Below, one piece after another: positions 17,223 to 24,545 of a stretch of 24,545 nt of DNA. Made by a program: the position numbers and the translations under genes. Source of the stretch: a virus (Duplodnaviria > Heunggongvirae > Uroviricota > Caudoviricetes). The DNA is taken from IMG/VR virus record IMGVR_UViG_2579778797_000010. One strand, written 5' to 3'. Positions within the stretch are counted from its first letter, which is position 1, and the number at the start of each line of letters is the position of its first letter. The notes below the pieces were generated by a model. That model did not search any database. It saw only the letters and a program-made list of their open reading frames with translations, and was not told the origin of the DNA.

Positions 17223-17798
17223 ATGGATTTCGACACAATCATGGAAAAGGCTTACGAAGAATACTTCGAAGGCCTTGCCGAAGGCGAAGAAGCTCTCAGC
17301 TTCAGTGAGTTTAAACAGGCACTCAGAATAAGAATGTGCTCTCACAATGACGCGGAGCACAAATATGAGAAGCAAAATCAGACCGCAGAAAATTTTGTTC
17401 TGGAACCCGGAGAAACGCTTTTCAAAATTCCCGTTACGTGCCCCATTTGCGGTTTTACATCAGAAGAACTTGACGACTCCTGTAACAATCAGGAAACAAC
17501 CAAGTATGTCGAAGATGATACCGAGTGCGCACGAAGAACGATTATATCCACGAGTCCAAACTCCAGGACCAATAAATCTCACTATGAGAGGGTGATTAAT
17601 CCACTCCCCCAAACCAATAAAAAAGATGCCGGAGGACAAAAAACCCAATGGAACAACGGGATATCTGTCAAAAAAAGACGTTCCATTAAAGACAAACAAC
17701 GCAGCGCCAACAACTGTAAGAGCTTTATACCAGTAATCAATTTTCATGTTCTTAAGCGAATTTATTGGTGGTTGCGACATTGCTTAATGAATCCTTAA
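17223..17798 (+). CDS. YdfB/YdfC-region ORF (191 codons from the coupled ATG); 3' half of doubtful coding quality
   Basis: ATG at 17223 two nt after the ydfA stop; N-terminal part MDFDTIMEKAYEEYFEGLAEGEEALSFSEFKQALRIR and CPICGF are protein-like, C-terminal part is K/N/R-rich low complexity. Confidence 0.4.
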   Translation: MDFDTIMEKAYEEYFEGLAEGEEALSFSEFKQALRIRMCSHNDAEHKYEKQNQTAENFVLEPGETLFKIPVTCPICGFTSEELDDSCNNQETTKYVEDDTECARRTIISTSPNSRTNKSHYERVINPLPQTNKKDAGGQKTQWNNGISVKKRRSIKDKQRSANNCKSFIPVINFHVLKRIYWWLRHCLMNP

Positions 17799-18056
17799 AA
17801 CTGTGGTGATTTTAAGGATACCACCTCGCCTGACGTGGTTAAAAGCAGGCACACAACACGAAAGCGCACGGCGAAGTTCGTCTCACTGTACGGTGTCGTT
17901 AAATTTAATTCGACCGTGCGCTTCCGGTTGTGGCAACCCGCAAAATGGCGCGGCGGTAAGTATGGCGGGGTTATTCCTTCCCCGTTGAGGACACCGGGTT
18001 GTCAGGTTGACCATACGCTTAAGTGACAACCCCGCTGCAACGCCCTCTGTTATCAA

Positions 18057-18115
18057 TTTTCTGGTGACGTTTGGCGGTATCAGTTTTACTCCGTGACTGC
18101 TCTGCCGCCCTTTTT
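18057..18115 (+). ncRNA. dicF: DicF small RNA (ftsZ/cell-division inhibitor sRNA)
   Basis: TTTCTGGTGACGTTTGGCGGTATCAGTTTTACTCCGTGACTGCTCTGCCGCCCTTTTT matches DicF as I recall it, including the terminal GC hairpin and U-tail. Confidence 0.85.
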
Positions 18116-18284
18116 AAAGTGAATTTTGTGATGCGGTGAATACGGCTAAGCGCACGCGGAACAGTTAAAACCAAAAACAGTGTTATGGGTGGATTCTCTG
18201 TATCCGACGTTAATTGTTAACTGGTTAACGTCACCTGGAGGCACCAGGCACTGCATCACAAAATTCATTGTTGAGGACGCGATA

Positions 18285-18473
18285 ATGAAAACGTTATTAC
18301 CAAACGTTAATACGTCTGAAGGTTGTTTTGAAATTGGTGTCACTATCAGTAACCCTGTATTTACTGAAGATGCCATTAACAAGAGAAAACAAGAACGGGA
18401 GCTATTAAATAAAATATGCATTGTTTCAATGCTGGCTCGTTTACGTCTGATGCCAAAAGGATGTGCACAATGA
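18285..18473 (+). CDS. dicB: Cell division inhibitor DicB
   Basis: 62 aa from the ATG at 18285: MKTLLPNVNTSEGCFEIGVTISNPVFTEDAINKRKQERELLNKICIVSMLARLRLMPKGCAQ. Confidence 0.95.
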   Translation: MKTLLPNVNTSEGCFEIGVTISNPVFTEDAINKRKQERELLNKICIVSMLARLRLMPKGCAQ

Positions 18474-18661
18474 ATTCAGCATTTGCGCTTGTTCTGACAG
18501 TTTTTCTTGTTTCCGGAGTGCCAGTTGATATTGCAGTCAGTGTTCACAGGACAATGCAGGAGTGTATGACTGCAGCAACCGAACAGAAAATTCCCGGTAA
18601 CTGTTACCCGGTCGATAAAGTTATTCACCAGGATAATATCGAAATCCCGGCAGGTCTTTAA
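18470..18661 (+). CDS. ydfD: YdfD (small membrane lysis protein)
   Basis: 63 aa from the ATG at 18470, overlapping the dicB stop: MNSAFALVLTVFLVSGVPVDIAVSVHRTMQECMTAATEQKIPGNCYPVDKVIHQDNIEIPAGL. Confidence 0.9.
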   Translation: MNSAFALVLTVFLVSGVPVDIAVSVHRTMQECMTAATEQKIPGNCYPVDKVIHQDNIEIPAGL

Positions 18662-18754
18662 AACAGTTCCGTAATAAATATCCGGTTTCATTCTTATATG
18701 CCAGCAATGGCAGGGATTTGTTCATCCTTAAATCTGTCATGAGGTTAAAACAAA

Positions 18755-19579
18755 ATGAGTAAAGTCTTTATTTGCGCCGCTATTCCTGACGAACTGGCAA
18801 CAAGGGAAGAAGGCGCTGTGGCTGTAGCCACAGCCATTGAAGCTGGCGACGAACGCCGTGCTCGAGCAAAATTTCACTGGCAGTTCCTGGAACATTATCC
18901 GGCTGCTCAGGACTGCGCTTATAAATTTATTGTCTGCGAGGATAAACCTGGCATACCCCGCCCTGCCCTCGATTCATGGGATGCTGAATATATGCAGGAA
19001 AACCGCTGGGATGAGGAGTCTGCTTCTTTTGTCCCGGTTGAGACTGAATCCGATCCGATGAACGTCACTTTTGACAAGCTGGCCCCTGAAGTACAGAACG
19101 CTGTCATGGTTAAGTTCGACACATGTGAAAACATCACCGTTGATATGGTTATTAGCGCACAGGAATTGTTGCAGGAAGACATGGCAACATTCGACGGACA
19201 TATCGTTGAAGCGTTGATGAAAATGCCAGAAGTTAACGCCATGTATCCGGAGCTTAAGTTGCACGCCATTGGGTGGGTTAAGCATAAATGTATTCCTGGT
19301 GCTAAATGGCCCGAAATTCAGGCAGAGATGCGCATCTGGAAAAAACGTCGCGAAGGTGAACGCAAGGAAACCGGAAAATACACGTCTGTTGTTGATCTCG
19401 CCCGCGCCAGAGCCAATCAACAGTACACTGAAAATTCAACAGGAAAAATCAGCCCGGTCATTGCTGCCATTCATCGCGAATACAAGCAGACATGGAAAAC
19501 ACTGGATGACGAACTGGCCTACGCTCTCTGGCCTGGTGATGTGGATGCCGGAAACATTGACGGCAGCATCCATCGCTGA
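18755..19579 (+). CDS. YdfE-like protein (274 aa), ending at an in-frame TGA continuous with the next ORF
   Basis: ATG at 18755; same reading frame as the 19637-21226 ORF, separated only by the TGA at 19577-19579. Confidence 0.65.
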   Translation: MSKVFICAAIPDELATREEGAVAVATAIEAGDERRARAKFHWQFLEHYPAAQDCAYKFIVCEDKPGIPRPALDSWDAEYMQENRWDEESASFVPVETESDPMNVTFDKLAPEVQNAVMVKFDTCENITVDMVISAQELLQEDMATFDGHIVEALMKMPEVNAMYPELKLHAIGWVKHKCIPGAKWPEIQAEMRIWKKRREGERKETGKYTSVVDLARARANQQYTENSTGKISPVIAAIHREYKQTWKTLDDELAYALWPGDVDAGNIDGSIHR

Positions 19580-19636
19580 GCAAAAAAAGAAGTTATCGAC
19601 AACGACCGCGAAGACTGGAAGCGTATCTCGGCATCA

Positions 19637-21226
19637 ATGCGCAAACAGCCTGATGCCCTTCGCTACGACCGCCAAACTATTTTTGGCCTTGTCCGTGAGC
19701 GTCCGATCGACATTCACAAAGATCCCGTAGCACTGAACAAATATATCTGCGAATACCTGACGACAAAGGGCGTGTTTGAGAATGAAGAAACAGACCTGGG
19801 CACTGTTGATGTTCTCCAGTCATCAGAAACACAAACTGATGCAGTGGAAACTGAGGTATCTGATATCCCAAAAAATGAAACCGCGCCGGAAGCTGAACCA
19901 TCTGTAGAGCGTGAGGGGCCGTTCTATTTCCTCTTCGCAGATAAGGACGGAGAAAAATACGGTCGCGCAAACAAACTTTCTGGTCTGGATAAGGCACTGG
20001 CTGCTGGCGCCACTGAAATCACAAAAGAAGAATATTTTGCCCGAAAAAATGGCACATACACGGGCTTACCGCAAAATGTAGATACCGCTGAAGATTCAGA
20101 ACAACCAGAGCCGATAAAAGTTACCGCTGACGAAGTAAACAAAATTATGCAGGCAGCCAATATCAGCCAGCCTGACGCCGATAAGTTGCTTGCTGCCTCT
20201 CGCGGAGAATTTGTTGCAGGGATTAGTGACCCGAATGATCCGAAATGGGTTAAGGGGATCCAGACCCGCGATTCTGTGAACCAGAACCAGCATGAATCGG
20301 AACGGAACTACCAAAAAGCGGAACAAAACAGTCCAAATGCGTTACAAAACGAGCCAGAAACGAAACAGCCTGAACCAGTGGCGCAACAGGAAGTGGAAAA
20401 AGCCTGCACCGCCTGCGGTCAGACCGGCGGCGGCAACTGCCCTGATTGTGGCGCGGTGATGGGCGACGCAACATACCAAGAAACATTCGATGAAGAGTAT
20501 CAGGTTGAAGTTCAGGAAGATGATCCGGAGGAAATGGAAGGCGCTGAACATCCACACAAGGAGAACACTGGCGGCAATCAGCATCACAATAGCGATAATG
20601 AAACTGGCGAGACGGCAGATCACCCAATTAAGGTGAACGGTCATCACGAAATCACATCCACCAGCAGGACGTGTGACCATCTAATGATCGACCTTGAAAC
20701 CATGGGAAAAAATCCTGATGCCCCGATCATCTCAATAGGTGCAATATTTTTCGATCCGCAAACCGGAGATATGGGACCGGAATTTAGTAAGACTATCGAT
20801 CTGGAAACTGCTGGCGGAGTCATTGATCGGGACACCATTAAATGGTGGCTTAAGCAATCACGCGAAGCGCAATCTGCCATTATGACCGATGAAATCCCGT
20901 TAGATGATGCACTGTTACAATTGCGGGAATTTATCGACGAAAACTCCGGTGAATTTTTTGTTCAGGTTTGGGGAAATGGAGCCAACTTCGACAACACGAT
21001 TTTGCGCCGTTCATACGAACGGCAGGGGATCCCCTGCCCGTGGCGTTACTACAACGATCGCGATGTACGCACAATCGTTGAGCTGGGGAAAGCCATAGAC
21101 TTCGATGCCAGAACGGCTATTCCATTCGAAGGTGAGCGCCATAATGCACTTGATGACGCCCGTTACCAGGCAAAATACGTTTCAGTTATCTGGCAAAAAC
21201 TGATCCCGAGTCAGGCTGATTCTTAA
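19637..21226 (+). CDS. Protein with acidic low-complexity N-region, C4 zinc ribbon and C-terminal DEDDh-type 3'-5' exonuclease domain
   Basis: Motifs in DnaQ-like order and spacing: MIDLETMG (exo I), WGNGANFD (exo II), HNALDDARY (exo III, H-x4-D); zinc ribbon CTACGQTGGGNCPDCG. Confidence 0.65.
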   Translation: MRKQPDALRYDRQTIFGLVRERPIDIHKDPVALNKYICEYLTTKGVFENEETDLGTVDVLQSSETQTDAVETEVSDIPKNETAPEAEPSVEREGPFYFLFADKDGEKYGRANKLSGLDKALAAGATEITKEEYFARKNGTYTGLPQNVDTAEDSEQPEPIKVTADEVNKIMQAANISQPDADKLLAASRGEFVAGISDPNDPKWVKGIQTRDSVNQNQHESERNYQKAEQNSPNALQNEPETKQPEPVAQQEVEKACTACGQTGGGNCPDCGAVMGDATYQETFDEEYQVEVQEDDPEEMEGAEHPHKENTGGNQHHNSDNETGETADHPIKVNGHHEITSTSRTCDHLMIDLETMGKNPDAPIISIGAIFFDPQTGDMGPEFSKTIDLETAGGVIDRDTIKWWLKQSREAQSAIMTDEIPLDDALLQLREFIDENSGEFFVQVWGNGANFDNTILRRSYERQGIPCPWRYYNDRDVRTIVELGKAIDFDARTAIPFEGERHNALDDARYQAKYVSVIWQKLIPSQADS

Positions 21227-21298
21227 TGTTCAACTGTCGCCGGTTGTGACTGGTATTCTGCAACCGGCGCTCGTCTGATGTAAGAGATAAAGAAATCG

Positions 21299-21550
21299 AT
21301 GAGCGAAGTAATCATGATTGTCTCTCCCGGCAAATGGGTATCCGAAGAGCAGTTAATTGCGCTGAAAGGAATAAAAAAAGGTACGTTAAAAAAGGCCCGG
21401 GAAAAATCGTTTATGGAAGGAAGGGAATATAAGCATGTCGCTCATGACGGTATGCCATGGGATAACAGTCCATGCTTTTACAACCTGGAAGAAATTGATC
21501 GCTGGATTGAGCGCCAGGCATCAGCGAGACCAAGACGTCATCTTACTTGA
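21299..21550 (+). CDS. Excisionase-like protein (xis) upstream of int
   Basis: 83-aa ORF immediately upstream of and co-oriented with the integrase; ATG at 21299 (alternative at 21314). Confidence 0.55.
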   Translation: MSEVIMIVSPGKWVSEEQLIALKGIKKGTLKKAREKSFMEGREYKHVAHDGMPWDNSPCFYNLEEIDRWIERQASARPRRHLT

Positions 21551-21569
21551 CTAAAAGCCACACTAACTA

Positions 21570-22865
21570 ATGAGAGAAGTTGAAATGAAATATCCGACAG
21601 GCGTGGAAAACCATGGAGGGAAATTACGTATCTGGTTTGTTTATAAAGGCGTAAGAGTCAGGGAAAATCTGGGGGTTCCTGACACAGCAAAAAACAGGCG
21701 CGTTGCAGGTGAACTACGCTCCTCTGTTTGTTACGCAATAAAAACTGGTGTTTTCGACTATGCAAAACAGTTTCCCTCCTCACGCAATCTGGAAAAATTT
21801 GGTGAGGCCCGACAAGATTTAACCATAAAAGAACTGGCTGAAAAATTTCTGGCACTGAAAGAAACTGAAGTCGCCAAAACATCACTCAACACATACCGTG
21901 CCGTCATCAAAAATATCCTGAGCATAATCGGTGAAAAAAATCTTGCCTCATCGATTAATAAAGAAAAATTACTGGAGGTTCGTAAAGAGCTACTGACTGG
22001 ATACCAGATCCCCAAAAGTAACTATATTGTTACACAACCAGGGAGATCGGCTGTAACTGTAAATAATTACATGACAAATCTTAACGCCGTGTTCCAGTTT
22101 GGTGTTGATAACGGTTACCTGGCAGATAATCCGTTTAAGGGGATCTCGCCATTAAAGGAATCAAGAACCATTCCGGATCCTCTTGCGCGGGAGGAATTTA
22201 TCCGTCTTATCGATGCGTGCAGAAATCAGCAAGCAAAAAATTTATGGTGTGTTTCTGTTTATACTGGCGTTCGCCCTGGTGAGCTGTGTGCACTTGGATG
22301 GGAGGACATAGATCTGAAAAATGGAACAATGATGATCAGGAGAAATTTAGCAAAAGACCGTTTCACGGTACCAAAAACACAGGCGGGAACCAATCGGGTC
22401 ATTCATCTTATTAAGCCAGCAATCGACGCTCTCCGGAGTCAGATGACATTAACGAGACTGAGCAAAGAGCATATCATTGATGTTCACCTCAGAGAGTATG
22501 GCAGAACAGAAAAACAAAAATGCACCTTTGTTTTTCAACCTGAAGTGTCAGCGAGAGTAAAAAATTATGGTGACCATTTTACCGTTGACTCAATAAGGCA
22601 GATGTGGGACGCAGCGATAAAACGTGCCGGACTCCGCCATCGAAAATCATATCAGTCGAGACATACTTATGCCTGCTGGTCGCTGACAGCTGGGGCTAAC
22701 CCGGCATTTATAGCAAACCAGATGGGCCATGCAGATGCGCAAATGGTATTTCAGGTATACGGAAAATGGATGTCTGAAAACAATAATGCACAGGTAGCTT
22801 TGTTAAATACACAGTTAAGCGAGTTTGCCCCAACCATGCCCCATAACGAAGCAATGAAAAATTAA
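21570..22865 (+). CDS. Tyrosine recombinase, lambdoid prophage integrase
   Basis: 431 codons (likely start at the ATG at 21585, MKYPTGVENHGGKLRIWF); C-terminal catalytic motifs HxxR and Y (SRHTYACWSL, HADAQMVFQVYGKW); arm-binding-type N-terminus. Confidence 0.9.
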   Translation: MREVEMKYPTGVENHGGKLRIWFVYKGVRVRENLGVPDTAKNRRVAGELRSSVCYAIKTGVFDYAKQFPSSRNLEKFGEARQDLTIKELAEKFLALKETEVAKTSLNTYRAVIKNILSIIGEKNLASSINKEKLLEVRKELLTGYQIPKSNYIVTQPGRSAVTVNNYMTNLNAVFQFGVDNGYLADNPFKGISPLKESRTIPDPLAREEFIRLIDACRNQQAKNLWCVSVYTGVRPGELCALGWEDIDLKNGTMMIRRNLAKDRFTVPKTQAGTNRVIHLIKPAIDALRSQMTLTRLSKEHIIDVHLREYGRTEKQKCTFVFQPEVSARVKNYGDHFTVDSIRQMWDAAIKRAGLRHRKSYQSRHTYACWSLTAGANPAFIANQMGHADAQMVFQVYGKWMSENNNAQVALLNTQLSEFAPTMPHNEAMKN

Positions 22866-23052
22866 TTTAATATTTATCAAATAGTTAACACGCATGACTC
22901 TTGAAATCCATAAATTCAAGCGCAGTGCCCAGCCATCCCGATACTGCTGCTTTCACCAAATCCTTAGTGCTTCTTTCGTGTTTTTCTATTGTCATAATGG
23001 TTATCTCTAAAAAAGAGGTAAGATGCGTACTACTTACTCGCCGTTATTGGTA

Positions 23053-23676
23053 TTATTCAGAAAAAGTGAGTAAGACTTTGCAGCAATGTTTTTGATCCTG
23101 TTCAAATAAACTAATGGCATCAGCAACATGCTGGAAATCAAACGTATGGGTAATTAATTTTTCTGGTTTAATTAACCCTTTACTTAACCAGTCGATAACG
23201 ATCGGGAATTTATTTGCATTTAAGCGTGAAGAGAAAATAGAGAGTTCTTTTCCGGTAATTCCTTGCTGAATCACTTCAGACGGTTCACTGGAGAACCCCA
23301 TCAATACAATACGTGCCGCTGGAGAAGCCAGCGTTACGGCCTCTTTCAGGATAGAAGGATGACAAGCCGCATCGATAATTAATGTCGGCTTGATGCCTTT
23401 TTCAGTGAAAATCTCGCCAAGCGGTGTCTGGCTGTTATTAATCGCCCAGTCAGCCCCGCTCTCTTTCGCTTTTTCCAGTCGTTCATCAATGCGATCGGCA
23501 ACAATCACATTTTTAACGTTATAGACGCCTTTTAATACCTGAACGATCGTCAGGCCGATTGGACCGGCACCATAAACCAGAACGGTATCATTTTCAGTCG
23601 GTTGACCATGTCCGGTTACGTTAGCCGCAATGGTAAAAGGTTCGATCATTACCGCATATTGATCGGCCACTGCTTC
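23053..23676 (-). pseudogene. Zn-dependent alcohol dehydrogenase family gene (RspB-like), C-terminal ~205 codons; 5' part displaced by IS66-family insertion
   Basis: Rossmann motif VLVYGAGPIGL and ADH-like C-terminal domain. ORF-track start is a TTG lying inside the IS terminus; the catalytic N-terminal domain is absent. Confidence 0.75.
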
Positions 23677-24545
23677 GTAAGCGTGCAGCAAGAACCGTAT
23701 TGACGGGGATGTGTTATTCAGTCGGCAGTGCTACGCGCCAGGGGAGCAGTTCGCCGACCCGGTTTATCGGCCAGTCGGCTATGACGTCAAGGACATAGCG
23801 GAGGTAGCTTTCTGGCTCCACTCCGTTCAGTTTGCACGTCCCGATCAGGCTGTACAGCAGCGCTCCCCGCTCTCCTCCATGATCCGAACCGAAGAACAGG
23901 TAGTTTTTGCGGCCCAGACTGACCATCCGCAACGCATTTTCAGCGATGTTATTGTCCGCCTCAGCCCAGCCATCATCTGCATAGTACGTCAGCGCCGGCC
24001 ACTGGTTCAGGGCGTATGCGAACGCTTTCGCCAGTTCTGAGTGTCGCGACAGGGTTTTCATCTTTTCACGCAGCCAGCTTTCCAGGGATTTCAGCAGCGG
24101 TTTCGTTTTCAACTGACGTTCGGCAAGGCGCTGCTCCGCCGTCATTCCCCTTATCTCTGCCTCGATGGCGTACAGTTCGCCGATCCGTTTCAGCGCTTCC
24201 TCCGTCAGGGCTGACGGGGTGCGAACGTGCACATCGTGGATTTTACGGCGGGCGTGAGCCCAACAGGCGGCTTCCGTTATCCGGCCATCCCGGTACAGCT
24301 CGTTGAACCCGGCGTATGCATCCGCCTGCAGTACACCACTGAACCCCGCAAGATGGGTCTGCGGATGGATGCCTTTTCTGTCCGGGCTGTAAGCGAACCA
24401 CATCGCCGGCGCCAGCGTTGACCCGGCGTTACGGTCGTCACGAACGTAGGTCCATAACCGCCCGGTCTTCGTTTTCTTATTGCCTGGCAACAGCACCGGG
24501 ACAGGCGTGTCATCAGCATGGAGCTTACCGTCAGTCAGCACATAG
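23677..24545 (-). mobile_element. IS66-family insertion sequence, one end (continues beyond window)
   Basis: Terminus GTAAGCG at 23677-23683 ~30 bp beyond the transposase stop; TnpC reading frame runs to the window edge. Confidence 0.7.
23714..24545 (-). CDS. IS66-family transposase TnpC, C-terminal part (partial, runs off window)
   Basis: 275+ codons with the IS66 C-terminal region ([18 protein letters not shown]...[12 protein letters not shown]...[55 protein letters not shown]). Confidence 0.85.
   Translation of the reverse strand, partial: YVLTDGKLHADDTPVPVLLPGNKKTKTGRLWTYVRDDRNAGSTLAPAMWFAYSPDRKGIHPQTHLAGFSGVLQADAYAGFNELYRDGRITEAACWAHARRKIHDVHVRTPSALTEEALKRIGELYAIEAEIRGMTAEQRLAERQLKTKPLLKSLESWLREKMKTLSRHSELAKAFAYALNQWPALTYYADDGWAEADNNIAENALRMVSLGRKNYLFFGSDHGGERGALLYSLIGTCKLNGVEPESYLRYVLDVIADWPINRVGELLPWRVALPTE

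Noticed and set aside
17181-17798. 205-aa ORF as a single gene starting at 17181
   Set aside because: Its first 14 codons overlap the ydfA 3' end in another frame; the coupled ATG at 17223 right after the ydfA stop is the plausible start, and the 3' half is of doubtful coding quality.
19677-20880. Six minus-strand ORFs (76-125 aa) inside the 529-aa exonuclease gene
   Set aside because: Antisense to a gene with clear exonuclease motifs; Cys/Arg/Pro-rich compositions typical of out-of-frame translation.

Overview
The window reads as a Qin-like defective lambdoid prophage of Escherichia coli, interrupted by three insertion sequences. Gene order, left to right: Nu1-type small terminase with a candidate cos site, ydfO/gnsB-like small genes, cspI, a phage-21-type lysis cassette (Rz/Rz1, SAR endolysin, ydfR-like, pinholin), cspB, cspF, Q antiterminator, ydfU, rem, hokD-relE-relB, flxA, a replication module with embedded origin iterons, YdaT-like CII analogue, dicC/dicA switch, ydfA, dicF sRNA, dicB, ydfD, a YdfE-like plus DEDDh-exonuclease reading frame, xis and a tyrosine integrase. 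The integrase abuts a host Zn-dependent alcohol dehydrogenase gene. A truncated IS3-family (IS629-like) copy cuts the large terminase gene, an rve/DDE transposase element sits between flxA and the replication module, and an IS66-family element disrupts the dehydrogenase. No CRISPR array, tRNA or rRNA was seen. I cannot assert a complete novel multi-gene system from sequence alone. The best follow-up candidates are a roughly 823-codon YdfE-like/3'-5' exonuclease frame split by one in-frame TGA, an 83-aa ORF between rem and hokD, an antisense membrane-protein ORF in the ydfB/ydfC region, and two small ORFs near the csp genes. Gene names rest on recognition of protein sequences from memory, not on database searches. 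Start codons were checked by hand where stated; the ORF track accepts non-ATG starts.
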